Source: a virus
Lineage: Duplodnaviria > Caudoviricetes
IMG/VR virus record: IMGVR_UViG_3300010429_000387
Location: 128,001-192,000 of that record
Length of the DNA stretch: 64,000 nt
Direction: 5' to 3' (one strand)
Shown here: positions 16,595-27,385 of the stretch, in pieces
How the letters are laid out: each line of letters begins with the position of its first letter
Position numbering within the stretch: the stretch's first letter is position 1
Made by a program: the position numbers and the translations under genes
The notes under the pieces: model-generated
Told to the model about the DNA's origin: nothing
Databases searched by the model: none
Seen by the model: only the letters and a program-made list of their open reading frames with translations

Positions 16595-19243
16595 ATGGGC
16601 ACTTTCGTAATCGGTGAGGTAGAGGTCACCAACGAGGTTAGCCTCGCTCCTAGTGCAGCTCTTTATGATGGTTCGGTGGTTTCGGATGGGGACCTGACCG
16701 TCAAGGTCAACGGCTTCTACTATGACATGAGTGGAACCAAGGGGAAGTACCTTGGTTCCGTTGGCAATGCTGTCACCGATGACGCTACCAACTATGTCTA
16801 CCTCAACGGATCCGCTGCTCTAGTCATCAACACCACTGGGTATCCTGTTGGAGACCACATCCGTCTTGCTCGGGTCATTGCAGCCGGTGGGATCATCGTT
16901 CGTATCGTTCTCGAACGAGCCTTCCTCACGTCAGCCTCCAATCCCTCTGGGTCGGTCCCTATCAACCGGGAGATCAACACCACCAACGGGCTCCAAGGAG
17001 GTGGAGACCTCACTACAAACAGGACCCTGTCCCCGGTCTACGGGAACACGGCCAACACGGTCACTCAGGGGGATGACTCTCGACTCTCCAACGACCGAAC
17101 TGCCTCTGGGGTCAGGACAGCTACCACGGTCGTTTCGGTTTCCGCTTCTCCCGAGCCCACAGCAGGTCAGGTTCTTGTAGCCACAAGCGGGACGGCTGCC
17201 GTTTGGTCCAACATCGTTGCTGGAAGTGACGGCTGGGTTCAGTTCAATGACAACGGGGTACTCGGGGCTCAGTCGGGGTTCTCCTACGATAAGGCGAGTG
17301 GAACCCTCACCATTGGGCCAGCTACCATCTACCCGTTCAATCCTCTGGATATCGCAGGAAACACCGACGGCTACCTGCAAGTCATCATCCAGAACAAGAG
17401 CGCAGGCACAGCAGCTTCCACCGACCTATGCCTCACGGCTGATAACGGGGACGACTCGGTCAACTTCATCGACCTAGGGATCGGTGGGTCGAACTATGCT
17501 GACCCCAACTGGAGCATCCTCGAAGCGAACGATGGTTACCTCTACGTCCAGGGAAACAACCTGGCGATTGGGACCGATACCACTGGGAAGTACGTCAACT
17601 TCTTCACGGGTGGTACGACCAGTGACGAGCTTCGGGCTACCATTGATGACAACGGGATCAACCTTCCAACAGGTCTGACCTATCGGGTCAACAGTGTCGC
17701 CCTACCTCTCCTCACTTCCTCGGCTCCGGCAGATGTCACCAAGGATACAGCGGCAGTAGGTACAGCCACAGACGCAGCCAGGTCCGACCACAAGCACAAC
17801 ATCTCCACCGGAACAGCTTCAGCTCAGACCCCCGGAGACTCTGCTGCTGAGGGCACGGCAACCTCTCTGGCTCGGTCGGACCACAAGCACTCTCTCCCGT
17901 CCTTCGGTACGACCTCTGGGACCTTCGCCCAGGGCAACGACTCTAGGTTCTCGGATGCTCGGACCCCTACTGCCCATGCCTCAACCCACATTCCAGGAGG
18001 TAGTGATGCCCTTGCTACTGGGACCCCGGTCGATGTAGGCTCTGCCAACGCTGAAGGGTCAGGGACCAGCTTCTCCCGGTCGGACCACGTACACAAGCAC
18101 GGTGACCAGGCCGGTGGGAGTCAGCACTCGGCTGCCACCACCTCGGTGGCTGGGTTCCTCTCAGCTACCGACAAGTCGAAGCTCGATGGCATCGCTGCTG
18201 GGGCCACGAACAGCCCCTTGACGAGTTCGGCCCCGGCCAATGTCACTAAGACCACGGCGGGGGTCGGGACCTCGGGGGAGGCAGCAAGAGCCGACCACAA
18301 GCACGACATCTCCACAGCTTCGGCCTCGGGTGGGGTCACCATCGGAGCCTCGGCCGCTGAAGGTACAGCAACCTCACTGGCCCGCTCAGACCACGTTCAT
18401 GCTGTTGGTACCCCTGGTGACCCGGCGGATGTGACCAAAGCGACTGCCTCCGCTGGTTCGAGTTCGACCCCAGCAAGAGCCGACCACAAGCACGACATCT
18501 CTACCGCTGCCCCTGGTTCGGCTGCCATCGGAGACACAGCCACAGAGGGTACAGCAACCTCGCTGGCCCGCTCAGACCACAAGCATGGGATCTCAGCCGG
18601 GATCCCAGTGGATGTCGGGACCTCCAATACGGCTGGGTCTGCCTCCACCTTCTCTCGGTCGGACCACGTCCACAACACCCCCTTCAGTGCCGTTCAGACT
18701 GCCTTGGGGGCTGCTTCTGGTTCGGTCAGCTTCAATGGGCAGTCCCTAACCAACGTTGCTGAGATCAACGGGATTCGGAACTACGGACCCCTCAATGCAG
18801 ACCCTTCTAGCCCTGCCCCCGAGACTGGGGACACTTACTACAACACGGTCATTGACGCCCCGATGTTCTACGATGGGACCAAAGCCAAGTGGCTTGGGGC
18901 AGCGGTCCCCCCCATCTATGCAGGGGCTAGTGGACTCACGGCGGCTGGGAGCTACTTCCGTGGGATGGATGGTCTAGCTTTCGGCACGAATCGAGGGATC
19001 CCAGTCCCGAAGGGGACTCTGGTCGGGCTTCTCATCTCGATGACAACCAACGCCACCTCTGACGTGGAAGTTCTTGTGGATACCACTGTGATTGCGACGG
19101 TTGGAGTCACTACTGCGGGACTCACCTCGGATACGACTCTCAATGCTGACTTCAGTGCAGGACTCATGAAGTTCAGGAACAAGTCAACCGGGGCAACCAT
19201 GTTCAACGTACAAATCACAGCTCAGATGAAGAGGAGAGCCTGA
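16595..19243 (+). CDS. Fibre protein with R-x-D-H-x-H repeats
   Basis: Eight R(S/A)DH(K/V)H repeats in a T/A/S/G-rich shaft; start reassigned to ATG 16595 just after the upstream stop. Confidence 0.8.
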   Translation: MGTFVIGEVEVTNEVSLAPSAALYDGSVVSDGDLTVKVNGFYYDMSGTKGKYLGSVGNAVTDDATNYVYLNGSAALVINTTGYPVGDHIRLARVIAAGGIIVRIVLERAFLTSASNPSGSVPINREINTTNGLQGGGDLTTNRTLSPVYGNTANTVTQGDDSRLSNDRTASGVRTATTVVSVSASPEPTAGQVLVATSGTAAVWSNIVAGSDGWVQFNDNGVLGAQSGFSYDKASGTLTIGPATIYPFNPLDIAGNTDGYLQVIIQNKSAGTAASTDLCLTADNGDDSVNFIDLGIGGSNYADPNWSILEANDGYLYVQGNNLAIGTDTTGKYVNFFTGGTTSDELRATIDDNGINLPTGLTYRVNSVALPLLTSSAPADVTKDTAAVGTATDAARSDHKHNISTGTASAQTPGDSAAEGTATSLARSDHKHSLPSFGTTSGTFAQGNDSRFSDARTPTAHASTHIPGGSDALATGTPVDVGSANAEGSGTSFSRSDHVHKHGDQAGGSQHSAATTSVAGFLSATDKSKLDGIAAGATNSPLTSSAPANVTKTTAGVGTSGEAARADHKHDISTASASGGVTIGASAAEGTATSLARSDHVHAVGTPGDPADVTKATASAGSSSTPARADHKHDISTAAPGSAAIGDTATEGTATSLARSDHKHGISAGIPVDVGTSNTAGSASTFSRSDHVHNTPFSAVQTALGAASGSVSFNGQSLTNVAEINGIRNYGPLNADPSSPAPETGDTYYNTVIDAPMFYDGTKAKWLGAAVPPIYAGASGLTAAGSYFRGMDGLAFGTNRGIPVPKGTLVGLLISMTTNATSDVEVLVDTTVIATVGVTTAGLTSDTTLNADFSAGLMKFRNKSTGATMFNVQITAQMKRRA

Positions 19244-22200
19244 TGGCAGCCCCGATCTACATTGCCGTCAACCAGACGGTTTCTGACATTGAGTTGGTCG
19301 AGCTTCGCCTTACCGTTCCAGCCAGCGGGCAGGTCAACCTCTCGAACTTCAACCCCACTTGGAGGATCCAGTCTGACCTTGAGTTGCTGGCAGCCATCAA
19401 TGGGAACAGCATCCTCCTGAACGACGGGACCTCAACTCTCGACAAGCCTACCTCCCTTCAATATCTGTCTCCGACAGCCTCTAAGGAGGTCTTGATCAAC
19501 GTTCAAGCTGGGGCCGATGTGACTGCCTGGAGCAATGTCTCGACCTCTCTTGGGGGTGAGGCGGGGGCCACAGCAGGTCTCGTCTTCAAGTCCGATGGGG
19601 CTGGGGGCGGGTCGATGGGTAAGAACACCCAAACCATCACTCGAAGGATCACAGTAGGTCTTGCTGGTGACGTAGATTACAACTCGATTGCAGCAGCTCT
19701 TTCGGCTGCTGATTCCGGGGGTTGTAGCGCATCCAGCCCTTGGCAGATCGAGGTCTACCCAGGGACCTATACCGAAGCTCCGATGAACCTGAAGCCAGGG
19801 ATGACCCTGGTCGCTGCCCAGCAGCGAATGGACACGGTCTTCGTAGTTGCATCCAACTCAGCAGCCGACCTGTTCACCTGTACGGGCGGTTATGTGTCCG
19901 GGATCGTGGCTTCGGGCGTCACTGACTCAGCAAAATGCCTTTTCAGGTGTGCTACTGCCAACTCCCAGGTGACCTTCTTCGGAGTCAAGATCCGAAACTG
20001 TTCGACCGGGTGGGATGTCTCAGGGGGTGCCACGGTCTTCCAGAGCATCTGCTCTGCCGTCATCACAGGTCCAAGCCAGGGTATCACGACTTTTTCCAAG
20101 GTGTCGGGGTCTACCTCATACCTTGGGGTCCACAGCAACGTTCTTTCCTGTGTCTCGGCTCTTCTCCCCTACTACTCGGGGAATCCCATCCAGACGGTCT
20201 ACTGGGTTACGGACGAGGCTACTTTGTTCGTCCTGGGGGCCACCTATCGGGTTGCCCCTAAAGACTCTACCGCTGACATCTTTTTCGCTGATGAGGGGTC
20301 GAACGTCTATTGCATCTCCACTGAGATCGCTAACGTTGGAAATGCCTTCCACATTGGTTCCAGCGGAACCAACACGACGATCACCGTACAATCTACGGTA
20401 CTCACCAACAACACGCTCAACGTCTTGATCGAGTCTTCTACTGGAACTGTTTTCGCCCAAGTTTCCACTGACACTCAGAGAAAGAGCATCGTTTCAGGGG
20501 GTAAGCTACTAGGTACCATCCAGTACAGAACGGATGAGATCGAGCGATTGGTGGGTGACGTTCGGTACAGGTTTGCAGCTTCAGACAAGGATGTGAACCT
20601 GGAGGACTATTTCTCCGACTTCACTTCTACCGGAGTCTGTGAGGGTGGGGTTGTTACGGCTGGGACTGGACTGCATGTAGATGTGTCCGAGGGGGATGGC
20701 TGGTGTGTCCGACCGGACCCGTATGATGACGCTGAGTGGGTCACTTGGGCAGATGTAACGGCCCTCGATCTGACTGCCTCTTCCACTAACTACGTCCACT
20801 ATAGCCAGACTTCTCAGTCTATCGAGGTGGGAACTTCACCCCCTGGAGTTTCGGACATTCTACTTGCCACGGTTGTCACGGATGGGAGTGGGATTCGATA
20901 CCTTCACAACACCCGAACTGTTGTAGATGACCCGACTGGAAGGCTCCACCAGTACCTCCTTGCTACTAGGAAGCAGGCACTCAAGAGTGGGTGTGCGGTC
21001 ACACAGGGAACCAGTGCCCGGAAGATTTCTGTTGGGTCAGGTTCCTACTATCTGGCCCTGAATCCCATCAGCTATGCTGGAACAGGTGGAGATGCCACAT
21101 TCAGCTACTTCTACGGGACCAACGGAGCCACTGAGGTAGCCAGCCAGACTCAGCTCAGTATCACCGAGTATGACAACGCAGGGACACTGACTACCATGAC
21201 AGGCGGGTATTACCGCTTGGACACGGTTATTCTCACCTCGGATGGGCGAGTCAACGTCATCTATGGAACAGCCCAGTATTCAACCAAGGCTTTAGCTGAG
21301 GCTGCAAGCCTTGGGAACACTCCAACATTCATGGAGCCCTCGGCCTTTCCGGTGGCTCGGGTTGTTGTGCAAGAGGGGGTTGGGATCTCGGCTATCCTGG
21401 ATGCTCGACCTGCTTACGGTGGATCTGGTGGGGCTGGGGGTGTTTCCGTTCACTCCTCTCTTGCTGGGCTTGATGCAGACGACCATACTCAGTACCTCTT
21501 GGTGAGTGGTTCCCGGTCGATGAATGGGAACCTCGGCATGGGTTCCCACAACATCACTAATGTTGGAACTGTGGATGGGGTCACCGTCTCGGCTCACGCT
21601 TCCAGACATAACCCAGGTGGGGCTGATGCCCTTTCTACAGGCACCCCGGTCGCTATCTCGGTTGGGGCCAGCCCTTCTGCTGGAACAGGTTCCTCTTACG
21701 CCCTGAACGACCACCAGCATGGGATCACGGCTGGGTCCCCCTCATCTATTGGAACCGCCAACTCGGCTGGAACCGCCTCTTCTGTCGCCCGCTCGGACCA
21801 TGTTCACAACCATGGGGCTCAGACGGATGGGAGCCTTCATGCGGTTGCTACCACTACGGTAGCTGGGTTCCTTTCAGCAGCAGATAAGCTGGCCCTTGAC
21901 ACTCTGGTACTGGGTAACACCACAGTACCCGTCCGGAATGAGACCGGATCCACTCTTCTCAAGGGACGAGCTGTCACTGTTGTTGGCTGGAGCACCCCCA
22001 ACAATGTGAAGCTCGTTGCCTATGCTGACAAGGACGACCCGAATCTTCGTCCAGCTATTGGTGTTCTTCAAGCAAATCTCAGCAATAATACCACTGGAAC
22101 CGCCACCACTCAGGGCCTAATCGAGGGCATTGATACCTCTTCTTGGAGCCTCACCGACCAGTTGGTCCTTGGGAACAGTGGACTTCTGGTTAGGCCGCCA

Positions 22201-25200
22201 CCGGACAACACACCATTCACAGGGGAAGTTCAGAACATTGGCATCGTTTCCAGGGTCCATGTTTCTGACGGACATCTGATCATCGCCCTTGATGGGCTGG
22301 AAGTTGTTACCGGTCCCCAGGTATTTGCTCTTACTGGCACTTCTGGAACTCCTGGTCCCACCAACAAGTATGTCACCAACTCAGATGCTAGGGTGACTGC
22401 CGATCAGGCTGCTGGGACGGCCTCTATCCGAACTCTTGGTACGGGGGCTCTTCAAGCTACAGCAGGAAACGACTCCAGGCTCTCAGACGACCGAACTGCT
22501 TCGGGTCTCCGAACAGCTACTACGGTAGTCTCGGTCTCAGGGGCAACAGCCCCGACCGCCGGTCAGGCACTCATCGCTACTGGGGGGTCTGCTGCTACCT
22601 GGCAGACCCTCTTGGCCTTGACCTCTTCGGCCCCAGCCAACGTGACCAAGGCTACAGCCTCGGTCGGGACCTCAGGGGAGGCAGCAAGGGCCGACCACAA
22701 GCACGACATCACGACGGCCACGGCTGTCTCGGTTGGGACCGCCAACGCAGAAGGAACCTCTACTTCCCTTTCCAGGGCTGATCACGTTCACTCTGGGTTG
22801 ACCCGAGGGGCTTCCGACTTCTCTACCTTTGCGGCGAAGACCACCCCGGTTTCAGCGGACGTGTTCCTCTTGGAGGACTCGGCAGCGGGTGGGGCCAAGA
22901 AGTCCATCACCTACAGCAACCTTATGTCTATTGCTGCTGGGTACTTCGCCAACGGAGGGGATGCGGCTACTGCTACAAGGTCCCTTGGTAACACCACAGC
23001 ATTTGACCTGAACCTCATCACCAACGGGGTCACTCGGCTCACGATCACGGCTGCTGGGAACGTCACGGCTTCTGGAAGGTTGGCTTCTACAACCTACATC
23101 ATGGGTACAGGACCGGATCTCTCGTGCATTCCTGTAGTCGGGGGTCAATCCGTCATCACGACCTGGTGGGGGATGCAGCTTGTTGGGAACAAGCAATCCA
23201 ACGTCGAGTACACTCCCACCAACTACGGGGCTGCTGGGGACTACGGGATCATCATCCCTGCCCAGCAGGCGGCTGCTACAGCAGTCATGATCCGAGGGGC
23301 TACTGGGCAGTCAGGGAACCTGACCCAGTGGCAGAACCAGGCTGGATCTGTTCTGGCTTCGGTTGATGCCAGTGGCAACTTCACGGGCGGTACCTACAAC
23401 AACGTGACAGTTGCGGGCCATGCTTCTCGGCATCAGCCAGGCGGGGCAGACGCCATCCCGACAGCAACAGCGGTCTCGATTGGAACGGCCAACTCAGCGG
23501 GAACCTCGACTTCTCTGGCTCGGGCCGATCACGTCCACAACCATGGGGCTCAGACGGATGGGACTCTCCATGCAGCAGTAGTGGCTGGGGGAACTTCTGG
23601 CTTCATGACTGGGGCCGACAAGACCAAGCTGGATGGGATTGCCTCAGGGGCTACTGCCACTCCTCTGGCTTCTACTTCCCCGGCAGATGTAACCAAGGCC
23701 ACGGCAGCCGTTGGGGTTGGTTCAACAGCAGCCAGGGCCGACCACAAGCACGATGTTTCTACGGCTGCTGCTTCTTCACTTACCGTAGGTGGGGCAAGCT
23801 CGGAAGGAACCGCCACCTCTCTGGCTCGGTCGGATCACACACATGCCCTACCAGCCTTTGGCACTACAGCGGGTACCTTTGCCCAGGGCAACGACTCCCG
23901 GCTCTCAGATGACCGAACGGCTTCGGGTCTGAGGTCCGCAACTACAGTAGTTGGAGTGAGTGCGGCAACAGCCCCGACTGCCGGTCAGGCCCTCATCGCC
24001 ACCTCGGGGACCGCTGCCTCCTGGCAGACCCTCTTGACCTCGAACCTCCCAGCTAACGTGACCAAGGCTGCTGCCTCGGCTGGGACGGCCACGGATGTTT
24101 CCAGGTCGGACCACAAGCACGACATCACGACGGCAACAGCAGTTTCAGTCGGAACTGCCAACGCTGAAGGAACCGCCACTTCCCTTGCTCGGGCCGATCA
24201 CGTTCACTCAGGTCTGACCCGAGGGGCGTCGGACTTCTCGGCTTTCACCTTGAAGGCTGCTCCTGTTGCAGCGGATGTGATCCTGATTGAGGACTCGGCT
24301 GCTGCTGGGGCCAAGAAGTATGTCACTGCTGGGACGCTTCCCACTACAGACTCCAACGCTCTGCACAAGACCACCTCGGCAGAAATCTCGGCTCTGACCG
24401 AGAAGACCACCCCAGTGGATGCTGACGTGGTGGTGATCGAGGACTCGGCTGCCAGCTACGCCAAGAAGAAGGTCCAACTTCTCAACCTTCCAAGGGGTGC
24501 AACCCTAGCGGCTGCCTGTGCGACTCGAACCACAACCCAGGCAATCACCAACACATTCTCGAACATCACCTATGACACCACGGTGATCGAGACAGATGCC
24601 AACATTATCGACCATCTGGCAGCCAACCTAGACCGAATCCAGGTCAAGGTGGCTGGGACATATCTGGTCTCGTACTCCCTCAACGTTACCCCATCTGCCA
24701 CTGAGCGTTCTTACACGCAGGCCGTGAAAAATGGGTCGGTCGTGATTCCAGGGTCAGGGACCAGTACCCAGAACTATACTAATGAGGACAACCCTCATTC
24801 TACCACTTTTGTGGTATCCTTGGCTGTAAACGACTACATTAGCATCCAGGCGAGGGTCGGCTCTGGCACTGGTACAGTCACTATCCCAGCCAACATCACC
24901 GTTTACAAGCTAGATGGGACAACTGGAGCAACTGGTTCTGGATCGACCATCACGGTTCAGGAGGATGGGATCCCTGTAACGGGGACCCCCCACTCAACTC
25001 TGAACTTCGGATCTGGTATCACCACCACGAATGCTGGCTCTGGAGTTGCCCAGGTCGCTCTCGATACCTATCCGCCCCTTGGGGACAGCACAACAAGTCC
25101 CTCAGCTCCAACCAGCGGATCCCTGCTTTTTGCCAAGTTCCGTGCTGGAAGAAGGATGGCAGCTCAGATTGGCCCTTCTGGGATTGATTACTCCTTCCAA

Positions 25201-25905
25201 CCAGCTCTGTTTGGCAACAAGATTGGCCTTTGGTCGGCTCAAGGTAATGGCTCTAGTGTCAGCACCCTCAACTTTGGCACCTCGAACACCGGTACAGCCA
25301 CGACCAGGAACGTAGCCACCACCAGTTTCTTCACTACGATTCGACGGTTGGGGTTTGTGTCTTCTACTACGGCTGGAAGCTCCGCTGGTGTCAGACACAA
25401 CCTAGCTCAGTTCTTCAGTGGGAACGGAGCTGGAATCGGAGGGTTCTTCTTTGTAGCTAGGTTCGGGATCTCCCAAACCCAGACCGGGTATAGGTTCTTC
25501 GTTGGGTTGAGTGCTACAACTGGGGCATTTGGTAATGCAGACCCGTCGTCCCTCCTAAACCTCATCGGTATTGGCATGGACACTGGGGATACCAACATAC
25601 AGTTCATGCACAATGATGGTGCTGGAACTGCTACCAAGGTGACCCTAGGGGCCTCTTGGCCTCGCCCGACGGCAAATACCCAATTCTACGAACTTCGGTT
25701 GTTCGTGGCGCCCAACACGACTACTTTCTACTGGTCATTGGAGAACCTTGACCCGGCAAACAACCTGATTGTTGAGGGGAGTGTTACCACCAACATCCCC
25801 TCCAATACGACCCTCTTGAGCCCACAGGTTTGGATCAACAATGCGGCTCAGGCGGCAGCAGTTGCAATCGACGTTTCCTCTCTCTACATCGAGACGGACA
25901 ACTGA
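19243..25905 (+). CDS. Giant multidomain fibre/receptor-binding protein (2220 aa)
   Basis: Pectin-lyase-like N-terminal motif (DYNSIAAAL...IEVYPGTYTE), cement-like domain, about nine DHxH repeats, C1q-like and lectin-like C-terminal domains. Confidence 0.8.
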   Translation: MAAPIYIAVNQTVSDIELVELRLTVPASGQVNLSNFNPTWRIQSDLELLAAINGNSILLNDGTSTLDKPTSLQYLSPTASKEVLINVQAGADVTAWSNVSTSLGGEAGATAGLVFKSDGAGGGSMGKNTQTITRRITVGLAGDVDYNSIAAALSAADSGGCSASSPWQIEVYPGTYTEAPMNLKPGMTLVAAQQRMDTVFVVASNSAADLFTCTGGYVSGIVASGVTDSAKCLFRCATANSQVTFFGVKIRNCSTGWDVSGGATVFQSICSAVITGPSQGITTFSKVSGSTSYLGVHSNVLSCVSALLPYYSGNPIQTVYWVTDEATLFVLGATYRVAPKDSTADIFFADEGSNVYCISTEIANVGNAFHIGSSGTNTTITVQSTVLTNNTLNVLIESSTGTVFAQVSTDTQRKSIVSGGKLLGTIQYRTDEIERLVGDVRYRFAASDKDVNLEDYFSDFTSTGVCEGGVVTAGTGLHVDVSEGDGWCVRPDPYDDAEWVTWADVTALDLTASSTNYVHYSQTSQSIEVGTSPPGVSDILLATVVTDGSGIRYLHNTRTVVDDPTGRLHQYLLATRKQALKSGCAVTQGTSARKISVGSGSYYLALNPISYAGTGGDATFSYFYGTNGATEVASQTQLSITEYDNAGTLTTMTGGYYRLDTVILTSDGRVNVIYGTAQYSTKALAEAASLGNTPTFMEPSAFPVARVVVQEGVGISAILDARPAYGGSGGAGGVSVHSSLAGLDADDHTQYLLVSGSRSMNGNLGMGSHNITNVGTVDGVTVSAHASRHNPGGADALSTGTPVAISVGASPSAGTGSSYALNDHQHGITAGSPSSIGTANSAGTASSVARSDHVHNHGAQTDGSLHAVATTTVAGFLSAADKLALDTLVLGNTTVPVRNETGSTLLKGRAVTVVGWSTPNNVKLVAYADKDDPNLRPAIGVLQANLSNNTTGTATTQGLIEGIDTSSWSLTDQLVLGNSGLLVRPPPDNTPFTGEVQNIGIVSRVHVSDGHLIIALDGLEVVTGPQVFALTGTSGTPGPTNKYVTNSDARVTADQAAGTASIRTLGTGALQATAGNDSRLSDDRTASGLRTATTVVSVSGATAPTAGQALIATGGSAATWQTLLALTSSAPANVTKATASVGTSGEAARADHKHDITTATAVSVGTANAEGTSTSLSRADHVHSGLTRGASDFSTFAAKTTPVSADVFLLEDSAAGGAKKSITYSNLMSIAAGYFANGGDAATATRSLGNTTAFDLNLITNGVTRLTITAAGNVTASGRLASTTYIMGTGPDLSCIPVVGGQSVITTWWGMQLVGNKQSNVEYTPTNYGAAGDYGIIIPAQQAAATAVMIRGATGQSGNLTQWQNQAGSVLASVDASGNFTGGTYNNVTVAGHASRHQPGGADAIPTATAVSIGTANSAGTSTSLARADHVHNHGAQTDGTLHAAVVAGGTSGFMTGADKTKLDGIASGATATPLASTSPADVTKATAAVGVGSTAARADHKHDVSTAAASSLTVGGASSEGTATSLARSDHTHALPAFGTTAGTFAQGNDSRLSDDRTASGLRSATTVVGVSAATAPTAGQALIATSGTAASWQTLLTSNLPANVTKAAASAGTATDVSRSDHKHDITTATAVSVGTANAEGTATSLARADHVHSGLTRGASDFSAFTLKAAPVAADVILIEDSAAAGAKKYVTAGTLPTTDSNALHKTTSAEISALTEKTTPVDADVVVIEDSAASYAKKKVQLLNLPRGATLAAACATRTTTQAITNTFSNITYDTTVIETDANIIDHLAANLDRIQVKVAGTYLVSYSLNVTPSATERSYTQAVKNGSVVIPGSGTSTQNYTNEDNPHSTTFVVSLAVNDYISIQARVGSGTGTVTIPANITVYKLDGTTGATGSGSTITVQEDGIPVTGTPHSTLNFGSGITTTNAGSGVAQVALDTYPPLGDSTTSPSAPTSGSLLFAKFRAGRRMAAQIGPSGIDYSFQPALFGNKIGLWSAQGNGSSVSTLNFGTSNTGTATTRNVATTSFFTTIRRLGFVSSTTAGSSAGVRHNLAQFFSGNGAGIGGFFFVARFGISQTQTGYRFFVGLSATTGAFGNADPSSLLNLIGIGMDTGDTNIQFMHNDGAGTATKVTLGASWPRPTANTQFYELRLFVAPNTTTFYWSLENLDPANNLIVEGSVTTNIPSNTTLLSPQVWINNAAQAAAVAIDVSSLYIETDN
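22460..24330 (+). repeat. Internal duplication of about 450 bp (22460-22920 vs 23885-24330)
   Basis: GNDSRLSDDRTASGLR...GLTRGASDFS...EDSAA.GAKK occurs twice with clear DNA similarity. Confidence 0.8.
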
Positions 25906-25913
25906 GGTAGGTC

Positions 25914-27050
25914 ATGAAGCGATACGAATACACAGTTGACTCGGATGAGACCTTCCCGAACAAGAAGGTTGACCTGCCTCGGTTCACCCAAGAGATCCAG
26001 GCCAGCACCATCACCATCGCCCTGGCTGGACCCCTGAAGGTCCTCGCTGGGAACTGCTGCATCGACTTCAAGGTGGACCTCCCCCCAGCGGACCTAGCCA
26101 CCCTCGACCAGCTTGTCCTCCACCACAGCGGGGAACCTCTTCCCGACCCTCACGTCCTTCCGGACGGGACCCCTGTTGTGGCCCTCAAGACCAGGCAGGA
26201 CAACGACATCCCCCTGGTCGTCATGGCCCCTCGGAAGGGCAACGAGTGGGTGGTGGGGAGTCACAACTTTGCCGACCCTTGTTCCTGGTTCGGGGACTCC
26301 GAGAGGTCGGTCACGGAGACCCTCGTTGACTCAGGGGATGGGCTTGTTTTCAACAGTGCCCACCCCTACTGGATCGACATGATCTCGGGTCGGATGCACA
26401 ACGACTCGATGTGGGTCCGGCTCCAGCAAGAGTCCACCCCTCTCGACCCTCATGGGTATCAGGTGGAGGTCCGGGCCAACGGGGTTCACATGGTCATGCG
26501 AGAGCCCTTCGAGCCTACTGGGGGGGACTACGAGGTCCTATGGGAGGACGGGAAGATTAGGTTCTTTGAGAGCCAGGCTGGGAAGCAGGTCACAGCTTCC
26601 TACTCCTATTCTGATGGGTCCACTTTCTATATCCGTCCTAGGATCCCTGGGACCTCTGTTGTAGTCGAGGATGCCGAGGCAGATATCTCGGTTGATGCTG
26701 TCATGACCGATGAGATCGTCTACTCTTGGTGGTACTTCAACACCGAGATCAATGACTGGTCATGTGCTGGTGAGTATTCGTACAACCGGGCATCGCAGAT
26801 TGTCACTGAGGCTAGGGGAAACTACCCCATTTGTTCTGCCATTGGGGCGACATCGGAAGACAAGGCCCTACCCATTCCAGAGTTCAGAAGGAAGAGTCGT
26901 GGTATGCGTGTGGACAGGCAGGCTACCCCCTTCAACTACTCCACCACTCGGACACTTACCCTTGGGACCGAGCTTCGACTGTACCTCCGGCACAATCGCC
27001 CGTTCGGTGGTGAGCATGTTTCTATGACACTCTACTGCACGGAGGTATGA
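25914..27050 (+). CDS. Hypothetical fibre-associated protein
   Basis: 378-aa ORF with GAGGT RBS immediately after the giant fibre. Confidence 0.7.
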   Translation: MKRYEYTVDSDETFPNKKVDLPRFTQEIQASTITIALAGPLKVLAGNCCIDFKVDLPPADLATLDQLVLHHSGEPLPDPHVLPDGTPVVALKTRQDNDIPLVVMAPRKGNEWVVGSHNFADPCSWFGDSERSVTETLVDSGDGLVFNSAHPYWIDMISGRMHNDSMWVRLQQESTPLDPHGYQVEVRANGVHMVMREPFEPTGGDYEVLWEDGKIRFFESQAGKQVTASYSYSDGSTFYIRPRIPGTSVVVEDAEADISVDAVMTDEIVYSWWYFNTEINDWSCAGEYSYNRASQIVTEARGNYPICSAIGATSEDKALPIPEFRRKSRGMRVDRQATPFNYSTTRTLTLGTELRLYLRHNRPFGGEHVSMTLYCTEV

Positions 27051-27086
27051 GTGATCCATGGGATCTAACAGGAGAAGAGGCGCAAC

Positions 27087-27344
27087 ATGACGGTTGTCGT
27101 CTACAACTGCACCAGAGGACCTGTTAGGATCGGGGACCTACTCGTACCCCGCTGGAGTTCTATCTCAATCGAGAACCTCACTCAGGAGCAGCAGGCCCGG
27201 CTGATGAAGGCTGAGGCATACGGGGAGGTCCGTTGTACCCCAAGTCTTCTACCCCCAGTGCCGCCTCCGAAACCCACTGTTGAGGTCCCTTCTAGCCAAC
27301 CACCTGAGCCTTCGCCGCCACCTCCCAAGAAGCGTAAGCGCTAG
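27087..27344 (+). CDS. Small hypothetical protein with Pro-rich, basic C-terminus
   Basis: AGGAGAAGAGG RBS; 85 aa. Confidence 0.6.
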   Translation: MTVVVYNCTRGPVRIGDLLVPRWSSISIENLTQEQQARLMKAEAYGEVRCTPSLLPPVPPPKPTVEVPSSQPPEPSPPPPKKRKR

Positions 27345-27385
27345 AACTTGGGTCCGCCAACCTTTTTATCCAAAGCAGGTAGCTG

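Noticed and set aside
17090-23930. DRTAS in fibre repeats as protease sites
   Set aside because: Part of a fibre shaft repeat outside the head; this also shows the short K/R-x-A motif arises by chance, so the cargo hypothesis needs statistics
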